DNA of 37,970 bases from Nitrospirota bacterium. GTDB lineage: Bacteria; Patescibacteriota; Gracilibacteria; UBA1369; LOWO2-01-FULL-3. The number at the start of each line of letters is the position of its first letter. The stretch's first letter is position 1. The translations under genes were made by a program, and so were the position numbers. Below, in pieces: positions 1-6,564 of this stretch. The notes beneath the pieces were generated by a model that did not search any database, was not told the DNA's origin, and was given only the letters and a program-made list of their open reading frames with translations. The stretch covers positions 1 through 37,970 of the forward strand of contig JAUVQE010000002.1 of the NCBI GenBank assembly GCA_030598325.1. Reading direction: 5' to 3'.

Positions 1-2556
1 AAGCTCCGTGAATTATCTATAAAAGTGATTCGCCATCTTGGAGTGATCGGGGAATGTAATATTCAGTTCGCGCTGGATCCTTTGAGCGAAGATTATCGTG
101 TGATTGAAGTGAATGCCCGGCTTAGTCGTTCGTCAGCTTTGGCGTCGAAGGCAACGGGTTATCCTTTGGCTCATGTAGCCGCGAAGCTGGCTCTCGGATA
201 TACCCTGCCGGAACTTAAAAATGCTGTGACCAAGACCACTACCGCTTGTTTTGAGCCGGCTATGGATTATCTGGCTCTTAAGATTCCTCGTTGGGATCTG
301 AATAAATTCCGCATGGTTTCGAAGCGGATTACTACCGAGATGAAATCGGTAGGGGAAATCATGGCACTTGGGCGGAGTTTTGAGGAAGTAATGCAGAAAG
401 GGCTCCGGATGTTACAGGTTGGATTGCACGGGTTGGTCGCGAATGAGGACGTAAAGATTGAATCGAAGCGCATTCAACAAGATATTGAAAATCCCACTCC
501 GAAGCGGATTTTGGTGGTTGCGGAGGCTCTGCGTAAAGGCTGGACGGTTGAAAAAATTTCAAAAATTAGCGGAATTGATAAGTGGTTTTTGGATAAATTG
601 AAAAATATTGTTGTGATGGAAAAGAAGTTGAAGCGGACTGATGATATGCGTCCGGAACTCATGCTGGAAGCAAAAAAGATGGGATTTTCAGATAAACAGA
701 TTGGATATTTGTATAGCTGGGATGAGCTTTCAGTTCGTGAAAAACGAAAGGCGATGGGAATTTTCCCATCAATTAAGCAGATCGATACTTTGGCGGCGGA
801 ATATCCGGCGGATACGAATTATTTGTATCTGACTTATCATGGAGACGGGCATGACGTTCGGCCTGGGTGTCGGAAAAAAGTGATTGTGCTGGGGAGCGGG
901 GCTTATTGTATCGGGTCGAGTGTGGAGTTTGACTGGTGTTGCGTGAACGCGGTAAAAACCGCCCAGAAAGCGGGGTATGAGACTGTGATGATTAATTATA
1001 ATCCGGAGACGGTTTCGACTGATTATGATATTTGCGACAAGTTGTATTTTGACGAGTTGTCGCTGGAACGGGTGCTGGATATTTGTGATTTTGAGCGGGG
1101 CGAGCCCGCCGGAGGCTCGCAGAGTCAGCTCCCGGGCACCCGCAGGGTCGGGACAGGCGGCGGAGCCCTTTCTAAGAATAGTGTGGAAGGAGTGATTGTG
1201 TCGACCGGAGGGCAAATTGCAAATAATTTGGCTCTTAAATTGCATAAAGCGGGGATTCGAATTCTTGGTACACACCCATCGAATATTGATCGGGCCGAGG
1301 ATCGGCATAAGTTTTCGGCGATGTTAGATAAATTGGAGATTGATCAGCCGAAGTGGAAGGAATTGGCGCAGGTTTCGGATGTTTACAAATTCGTAGGTGA
1401 CCCGTCCGGCGTCGGGCGTGGTGTGGGATATCCGGTTTTGGTAAGGCCTTCTTATGTTTTGTCGGGAGCGGCAATGAGTGTTGCTTATAGCCGTGAAGAA
1501 TTGGAGAGATTTTTGGGAAAGGCGGCGAAGATTTCGAAAGAGGCGCCTGTTGTAGTTTCGAAATTTGAGACCGGAGCGAAGGAAATAGAAATAGATGCGG
1601 TCGCTCATAAAGGGCGGGTTGTGATTTACGCGATCGCGGAGCATATTGAGAATGCGGGTGTGCATAGCGGGGACGCGACAATTGTTTTGCCTCCGCAGAA
1701 ACTTTATATCGAAACTATTCGTCGAATTAAAGTTATTGCGAAACAAATTGCGGAAGAACTTGATATAAGTGGCCCATTTAATATTCAATTTCTGGCAAAA
1801 AATAATCGGGTGATGGTTATTGAATGTAATCTCCGATCATCTCGTTCGTTTCCATTTTCGTCAAAGGTTACCGGATATAATTTTATTGAAATCGCGACAG
1901 AATCGATGTTGGCAAAATCTACCGGACGCATGAGCGCGAAGAGTAAAAAACGGCTTACTTATAGGAATTACAAGACTTTGGATTTGGATCATGTTGGAGT
2001 GAAAGCTCCGCAGTTTAGTTTCCCTAGATTGAAGGGAGCGGATCCGGTGCTGGGAGTGGAGATGGCGTCGACTGGTGAAGTTGCGTGTTTTGGTGATGAC
2101 CTTTATGAAGCGTTTTTGAAATCGATGATAAGTGTTGGGTTTGAATTACCGAAGAAAGGGATTTTATTTAGCGTTGGTGGGGTGGAGGCAAAGGCTGATA
2201 TTTTGCCTGCCGCAGAAAAGTTTGCAAAGATGGGATTTGAGATTTTTGGGACGGAGGGAACAAGTGAATTTTTTAAGGAGAATGGTTTGAAGTGTAAAGT
2301 TTTACATAAAATCTCTACGGGTAAGTCGCCCGGACTTTTGGACGGAATGATGGAGAAAGATTTTGACCTAATTGTAAACATTCCAAACGCATATTCGCGA
2401 ACATCTGTGACGGATGGGTACCTAATACGGCGGAAGTCAGTGGATTTGAACATTCCTTTGATTACAAATGTGCAGGTGGCGGGAATTGTGGCGGAAGCGC
2501 TTAGTCGGTACGGTGTGGAAGATTTGAAGGTGAAGGATTTGGATGGGTATTTTTAA
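1..2556 (+). CDS. carB: carbamoyl-phosphate synthase large subunit (5' end off window)
   Basis: The frame is open from nt 1 (KLRELSIKVIRHLGVIGECNIQFALDP...), so the ORF-track start at 25 is internal. There are two ATP-grasp signatures (IEVNARLSRSSALASKATGYPLA and VIECNLRSSRSFPFSSKVTGYNF). GVIVSTGGQ...GYPVLVRPSYVLSG and an MGS-like C-terminal domain are present. Stop TAA at 2554-2556. Confidence 0.95.
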   Translation, partial: KLRELSIKVIRHLGVIGECNIQFALDPLSEDYRVIEVNARLSRSSALASKATGYPLAHVAAKLALGYTLPELKNAVTKTTTACFEPAMDYLALKIPRWDLNKFRMVSKRITTEMKSVGEIMALGRSFEEVMQKGLRMLQVGLHGLVANEDVKIESKRIQQDIENPTPKRILVVAEALRKGWTVEKISKISGIDKWFLDKLKNIVVMEKKLKRTDDMRPELMLEAKKMGFSDKQIGYLYSWDELSVREKRKAMGIFPSIKQIDTLAAEYPADTNYLYLTYHGDGHDVRPGCRKKVIVLGSGAYCIGSSVEFDWCCVNAVKTAQKAGYETVMINYNPETVSTDYDICDKLYFDELSLERVLDICDFERGEPAGGSQSQLPGTRRVGTGGGALSKNSVEGVIVSTGGQIANNLALKLHKAGIRILGTHPSNIDRAEDRHKFSAMLDKLEIDQPKWKELAQVSDVYKFVGDPSGVGRGVGYPVLVRPSYVLSGAAMSVAYSREELERFLGKAAKISKEAPVVVSKFETGAKEIEIDAVAHKGRVVIYAIAEHIENAGVHSGDATIVLPPQKLYIETIRRIKVIAKQIAEELDISGPFNIQFLAKNNRVMVIECNLRSSRSFPFSSKVTGYNFIEIATESMLAKSTGRMSAKSKKRLTYRNYKTLDLDHVGVKAPQFSFPRLKGADPVLGVEMASTGEVACFGDDLYEAFLKSMISVGFELPKKGILFSVGGVEAKADILPAAEKFAKMGFEIFGTEGTSEFFKENGLKCKVLHKISTGKSPGLLDGMMEKDFDLIVNIPNAYSRTSVTDGYLIRRKSVDLNIPLITNVQVAGIVAEALSRYGVEDLKVKDLDGYF
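1114..1154 (+). repeat. GC-rich intragenic element, copy A (inside carB, in frame)
   Basis: Contains the exact 41-mer GGCTCGCAGAGTCAGCTCCCGGGCACCCGCAGGGTCGGGAC, identical to the reverse complement of 14316-14356. It is translated as GSQSQLPGTRRVGT. The copy sits in a roughly 28-aa segment absent from E. coli CarB as I recall it. Confidence 0.9.
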
Positions 2557-2596
2557 GGAGGGGTTGCTTTTATGCTTTTGTTGCAAAAATGGATAA

Positions 2597-2767
2597 TCAG
2601 TGGATCCATTCGCCATCCGGAGTTTTTATTGCTTGTTTATTTCTATTAATTATTTTTTCGACATCTTTCAAAAATAGTTGATCCAATAGTTCGTCTATTC
2701 GAGTACTAAATTCATCTGGTGTTTCGGGTTTTTCTTGTTGGTCCAGTTGTTCCGGAATTTTTTTCAT
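2597..2767 (-). CDS. possible small hypothetical protein (56 aa)
   Basis: Hand-translated ATG(2767)..TGA(2597): MKKIPEQLDQQEKPETPDEFSTRIDELLDQLFLKDVEKIINRNKQAIKTPDGEWIH. It is below the ORF-track cutoff and fills the otherwise empty carB-recR gap. I see no recognisable similarity. Confidence 0.25.
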   Translation of the reverse strand: MKKIPEQLDQQEKPETPDEFSTRIDELLDQLFLKDVEKIINRNKQAIKTPDGEWIH

Positions 2768-2881
2768 TGTTTTTTATATCAAAAAGCTGTGATACTTTGC
2801 CTGCTTTTTTTACTTTTGTCAACTCCTGTTTGGAATTGGTCGCTTGTGCTGTGGCCGGGGAGTTTCTAAAATGGGGTGGAT

Positions 2882-3481
2882 ATGGCTAAAATGTTACCAA
2901 AATCAGTTAGACGGCTTATAGAGGAGCTTTCGCGATTGCCGGGGATAGGTCCGAAGTCCGCTCAGAGATTGGCAATTTATCTTTTGCATCAGCCGGCGAG
3001 TCGTTTGAAGGACCTGGGAGAGGCGGTGCTTGGACTCAAGGAGGGGATTGTTTTTTGTGAAACTTGCTGGAATATCGCGGAAAGTAACCCGTGTGCGGTT
3101 TGTGTGGACGAGGCGCGTGATTGCCGGACGATTTGTGTTGTGGAAGAGGTGCTTGATGTCGTGGCCTTGGAGAAAACGCGGGATTTTAACGGGGTTTATC
3201 ACGTTCTTCACGGGGTTCTTTCGCCGATTGACGGGGTTGGGCCGGATCAGCTGAAGATCGATGCTTTATTTGAGCGGGTGCGTGGTGGTGTGGACGAGGT
3301 GATCTTGGCTACAAATCCGAGTTTGGAGGGGGAAGCGACCGCGCTTTATATTCAGAAAGAATTAAAGGGAATGGATGTGCGAATTACCCGTATCGCGCGT
3401 GGTCTGCCGGTTGGCGGAGATCTGGAGTATGCGGATGAGGTGACGTTGAGCCGGGCAATTAAGGGGAGGGGGGAGTTTTAG
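2882..3481 (+). CDS. recR: recombination protein RecR
   Basis: Has the helix-hairpin-helix LPGIGPKSAQRLAIYLL, the Cys4 zinc finger CETCWNIAESNPCAVC, and a Toprim-like VCVVEEVLDVVALE...DEVILATNPSLEGEATA. The start is ambiguous among GTG 2876, ATG 2882 and ATG 2891. Confidence 0.93.
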   Translation: MAKMLPKSVRRLIEELSRLPGIGPKSAQRLAIYLLHQPASRLKDLGEAVLGLKEGIVFCETCWNIAESNPCAVCVDEARDCRTICVVEEVLDVVALEKTRDFNGVYHVLHGVLSPIDGVGPDQLKIDALFERVRGGVDEVILATNPSLEGEATALYIQKELKGMDVRITRIARGLPVGGDLEYADEVTLSRAIKGRGEF

Positions 3482-3493
3482 GAAAAAATTCTG

Positions 3494-3522
3494 TTGCACA
3501 GATTGCATTTTATTGATTAAAT
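3494..3522 (+). promoter_or_regulatory. sigma70-type promoter (TTGCAC-N17-TGa-TTAAAT)
   Basis: -35 TTGCAC at 3494-3499, 17-nt spacer ending in TGA (extended -10), and -10 TTAAAT at 3517-3522. The ATG of the next ORF is only 9 nt downstream, so the mRNA may be leaderless or nearly so. Confidence 0.45.
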
Positions 3523-3531
3523 GAAGGTATT

Positions 3532-3963
3532 ATGAAAAATATTGAAGATTCAGGAGGTTTGTTTCGAGATGTGAGTGATGTGGAAAATTTCAAAATCACT
3601 TTGGGGGCGAGGTTAAGGGATGTCCTTAGATATAATTATGGTATTTCCCATATTCAAGCGATGCTGGAAGATGTGATAACCAGGCAATCTTTACAAACTA
3701 AAACTGATTTGATTTCAAGTGTTCAGGTGGCTTTTGGTGAAACGATTGGTGACCAGATCTCTCCTGAGACGATAAGTTTTCTTGTGAAAAATGCTTTGGA
3801 AGAAGTTTTGACTGGTAATTTTGGAGAGGACGGAGCAAATACAGGATTATCTATTAATGAAATGAGAGATTTTACGCGGGATTTACCCGATGACACGGGG
3901 GGTTCGAGAGGTCATTCAAGGCGTCATCGAGAATTGAGAGCAGAGGAAGAGTTGTCGTTTTAG
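3532..3963 (+). CDS. hypothetical small protein (143 aa)
   Basis: Clean ORF with its own promoter-like motif. I recognise no domain. The C-terminus is charged (GGSRGHSRRHRELRAEEE). It overlaps the convergent ispE stop by 4 nt. Confidence 0.6.
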   Translation: MKNIEDSGGLFRDVSDVENFKITLGARLRDVLRYNYGISHIQAMLEDVITRQSLQTKTDLISSVQVAFGETIGDQISPETISFLVKNALEEVLTGNFGEDGANTGLSINEMRDFTRDLPDDTGGSRGHSRRHRELRAEEELSF

Positions 3964-4718
3964 CAATATCTGTACGTTGCGGGGCCTGAGCCGGTGAGGT
4001 GGTGGTTTTTTGGTGGAGGTGTGAGGGTTTCAAAATCGTTTTGGAGGTTTTGTGTGATTAGAATGGGGTCTTGTTTTTCGATTCCTTTGAGGAGGAGGCG
4101 GGTTTTTTCGGTGTTTTTGCCGCAGAGTGAGAGGTCGAGGGAGGCGTACATTTGTGCGGTTTTAGAATGGGGAGACGTGGAGGAGGCAATACTTTTGAGC
4201 CATTTTGCCACTGAATCAATTTCGAATTTTACACATTTTATTGATTTTAATGGGGTTAATTTTTCTCCGAAATGTTCGCCTAGTGCTGTTCCGCCAAGAA
4301 TGAAGAATGGGACGTCCGCACCGAGTTGGGCGGCCAGGGATTGCAAGGTTTCTGTGGAGAGATTGAGGTTCCAAAGTTTATTTAAACCTTTTAGTGTTGC
4401 CGCCGCGTCTGAGGAGGCTCCGCCGAGTCCCGAAGCTATTGGAATATGCTTGTGAATGACTATTTTGGCGTTTTTTTTGATATTTTGAGTTTCTTTGAGA
4501 AGTTTCAGGGCTTTGTAAGCGAGATTGTCTTTTTGTGGAATACTAATGTCGTGTGTTGTTGCCACATGGTCGTTTTCTTTTGTTTCATAAATTTCCAGCT
4601 TGTCTGCGAGTTCCGGAAGTTCATGAAAAACCGTTCGGATTTCGTGGTAGCCGGAAGCCGTATGTTTAAGTATGTCTAGACAAAGATTTATCTTGGCCGG
4701 TGCTTGAATATTGATCAT
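3960..4718 (-). CDS. ispE: 4-diphosphocytidyl-2-C-methyl-D-erythritol kinase
   Basis: GHMP kinase motifs: APAKINLCLDI, GYHEIRTVF, IPIASGLGGASSDAAATL. I chose the start at ATG 4718 (MINIQAPAKINL), which forms an ATGA overlap with the ispDF stop. The ORF-track extension to 4793 is probably spurious. Confidence 0.9.
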   Translation of the reverse strand: MINIQAPAKINLCLDILKHTASGYHEIRTVFHELPELADKLEIYETKENDHVATTHDISIPQKDNLAYKALKLLKETQNIKKNAKIVIHKHIPIASGLGGASSDAAATLKGLNKLWNLNLSTETLQSLAAQLGADVPFFILGGTALGEHFGEKLTPLKSIKCVKFEIDSVAKWLKSIASSTSPHSKTAQMYASLDLSLCGKNTEKTRLLLKGIEKQDPILITQNLQNDFETLTPPPKNHHLTGSGPATYRYC

Positions 4719-5893
4719 TTTGTGGTTTTTTCTTTTACTATTGACGCTATCGCAAAACATTGGATACCCAATCCTTCTCCGAAGACTGTGCAATTTTCGC
4801 CTGATGTTGCGGTGATGCCAATGCGGCGGGTATTCAGATCAAGCAAAGCTGATAGGTTTTTTCGCATTTTTGGAACCAAGGGGTCAATTTTTGGCTTACC
4901 CGCTTCGATCATTAAGCCCAGAGAGTTTACTTTGAATTTTTCTTTTTTAATTTTTTTCAGAATAATCTGGAGATATTTTTTGCTGTCTTTAACGCCTTTT
5001 TCGCATTGTTCGTCCGCATAAAATCCGAGCGACATTTCTCCGATGGTCTGTGATAACGCGTTGAAAATCGCGTGTAAAATTACATCTCCATCAGAATTTG
5101 CTTTTAATTTGAGTTCGTCGGGGATTTTTATTCCGGCGAGAACAAGTCCTGTTTCCTCTTCCTCAAACATGTGGCTGTCCTGGCCGATACCTATTCGAAA
5201 ATCTTCGGGAAGATCGCCGAGAATCGTCCGGAGCTTTGCGTAATCCGCCTGATTGGTAATTTTGAAATTGTTTTCATGGGCTTTGACGTGGGTTGTTTTC
5301 TGACCTATGGCCTCAAACATCATTGCTTCGTCGGTAACTTCGAGTTTGTTTTTGATTGTGTTGTTTACGGCTTTTTTCATGATTTTGTAGGTGGCTGATT
5401 GTGGGGTTTGTGCTTCGAAAAGTTTTTTTCGGTTGTGGGTCTTGATGATGTGCTGATCGTCAATTTCTTTGATGGTTGAAGTGACATAATGACCGACGAC
5501 GCAAGCTCCGTGTTCTTCGGTTTTTTCTATGGATTCTGAAATTTCTTCGTGGGAGGGGAGGGGATTCGCTCCGTTGTGGACAAGAATAATGTCTGACGGC
5601 TTTGCTTCTGATTCCAGTTCTTTTACGCCTTTTTCAACGGAATTTTGCCTTTGGAGCCCGCCTTGGATGATTTTTGTGACTTTTGGAAAATGATAGGTTT
5701 TCATCAGTTTTGCGATGTTGGATTTATTGATTTTGTTCGCGACAACGGTGATTGTGTCTATTTCCGGGTGATCATTGAAAGTCATTATTGGGTAATATAA
5801 AAGCGGTCTTCCGCAAACAGGAAGAAACATTTTGTCTTTTTTGACAGCCATTCTTTGTCCCTGGCCCGCCGCCAGTATGATTACGTGGTTCAT
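4715..5893 (-). CDS. ispDF: bifunctional IspD/IspF (MEP cytidylyltransferase / MEcPP synthase)
   Basis: The N-terminus VIILAAGQGQRM...KMFLPVCGRPLL is IspD-like. The C-terminal half RIGIGQDSHMF...SDGDVILHAI...ITATSGE is IspF-like. Confidence 0.93.
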   Translation of the reverse strand: MNHVIILAAGQGQRMAVKKDKMFLPVCGRPLLYYPIMTFNDHPEIDTITVVANKINKSNIAKLMKTYHFPKVTKIIQGGLQRQNSVEKGVKELESEAKPSDIILVHNGANPLPSHEEISESIEKTEEHGACVVGHYVTSTIKEIDDQHIIKTHNRKKLFEAQTPQSATYKIMKKAVNNTIKNKLEVTDEAMMFEAIGQKTTHVKAHENNFKITNQADYAKLRTILGDLPEDFRIGIGQDSHMFEEEETGLVLAGIKIPDELKLKANSDGDVILHAIFNALSQTIGEMSLGFYADEQCEKGVKDSKKYLQIILKKIKKEKFKVNSLGLMIEAGKPKIDPLVPKMRKNLSALLDLNTRRIGITATSGENCTVFGEGLGIQCFAIASIVKEKTTK

Positions 5894-5914
5894 AATTTTC
5901 GGTGTTGGTTTGCT

Positions 5915-5942
5915 ATTTTAACAGATTTTTAATATTTTTCAA
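5915..5942 (-). promoter_or_regulatory. candidate promoter for ispDF-ispE (TTGAAA-N16-TGt-TAAAAT)
   Basis: On the minus strand, -35 TTGAAA at 5942-5937, a 16-nt spacer ending in TGT, and -10 TAAAAT at 5920-5915. It lies 21 nt upstream of the ispDF ATG. Confidence 0.45.
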
Positions 5943-5950
5943 CTTTGAGG

Positions 5951-5979
5951 TTGACACTAGGCGGATTGTGTGGTTAAAT
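5951..5979 (+). promoter_or_regulatory. candidate promoter for the receiver-domain gene (TTGACA-N17-TGg-TTAAAT)
   Basis: -35 TTGACA at 5951-5956, a 17-nt spacer ending in TGG, and -10 TTAAAT at 5974-5979. It is divergent from the ispDF promoter. Confidence 0.5.
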
Positions 5980-6009
5980 GTTTCCTTAAATTTATTAATC
6001 AAAATTATT

Positions 6010-6564
6010 ATGTCAGAAGAAGATAAGACACTTGGTGATTCTTTAGCGGAATTACATTCCGAATTACATTCCGGTGACCCTAAAAGAAATGTTGTTCTGG
6101 TTGTTGACGATGAGTCTACGGTAAGAAGGCTTTTATCAAGATTGATTTCCTATTCTCTTCCGGATATTAAAGATATTAAAATTGCGGAGGCCAAGAGTCC
6201 TGATGATGCCATTTCTCAAATTTCCGGTGAGCTTACCGGACGTGTTGCATTGATTTTTTCAGATATGCTAATGCCCGGGGGAAAAGACGGTATGGATTTT
6301 GCTAATGCTTTGAGAGGGGAAGACGCTGATCCGAATTTAAAAGAAGATATGAAAAAGGTTCCTTTTGTTATAAGTTCCGGGACTCACGATTATGCCGATC
6401 CTGGATGTGAAAAGGGAAGAACCATGCGGGCTCTTGTTGACAAAGGAATTGTTGATGTGTTTGTCCCGAAGCCTCTTTTTCTGGAAGACATTCAGAAGAG
6501 CATTGAAACAGCTATTGATCTTGTGAACTCTAGAGTTGACGAGCAAGATCAAGAAAGTCAGTAA
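6010..6564 (+). CDS. stand-alone response regulator receiver domain protein
   Basis: CheY-like motifs: VVLVVDDEST (acidic pocket), IFSDMLMPGGKDG (phospho-Asp), VISSG, FVPKP (Lys). There is no output domain. I chose the start at ATG 6010, downstream of the promoter; the ORF-track GTG at 5902 lies upstream of it. Confidence 0.85.
   Translation: MSEEDKTLGDSLAELHSELHSGDPKRNVVLVVDDESTVRRLLSRLISYSLPDIKDIKIAEAKSPDDAISQISGELTGRVALIFSDMLMPGGKDGMDFANALRGEDADPNLKEDMKKVPFVISSGTHDYADPGCEKGRTMRALVDKGIVDVFVPKPLFLEDIQKSIETAIDLVNSRVDEQDQESQ

Noticed and set aside
1114-1154. The 41-mer as a small self-cleaving ribozyme (hammerhead/twister), an intron, or an assembly/adapter artefact
   Set aside because: No hammerhead CUGAUGA...GAAA or other ribozyme core is visible, and the element is too short for group I or II introns. 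An artefact is unlikely because every copy keeps the host frame open, the flanks are unique, and the similarity decays gradually into them. Read mapping should still confirm this.
769-1788. Three long minus-strand ORFs (179, 148 and 154 aa) inside carB
   Set aside because: They are shadow ORFs opposite a highly conserved gene, and their Arg/Pro/Ser-rich sequences are nonsensical. The same reasoning applies to the ORFs antisense to VanW (12811-14248), mfd, PBP1A and pheT (36594-37031).
2557-2875. carB-recR gap as a riboswitch or leader
   Set aside because: I recognised no conserved riboswitch motif. A 56-aa minus-strand ORF is the simplest, though low-confidence, explanation.
4719-4793. N-terminal extensions suggested by the ORF track (ispE to 4793, ugd to 24888, receiver gene from 5902, orphan to 23475, PAS gene to 33637)
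   Set aside because: The conserved N-termini begin at internal ATGs. The extensions overlap upstream genes or lie upstream of the promoter motifs that would drive the gene.
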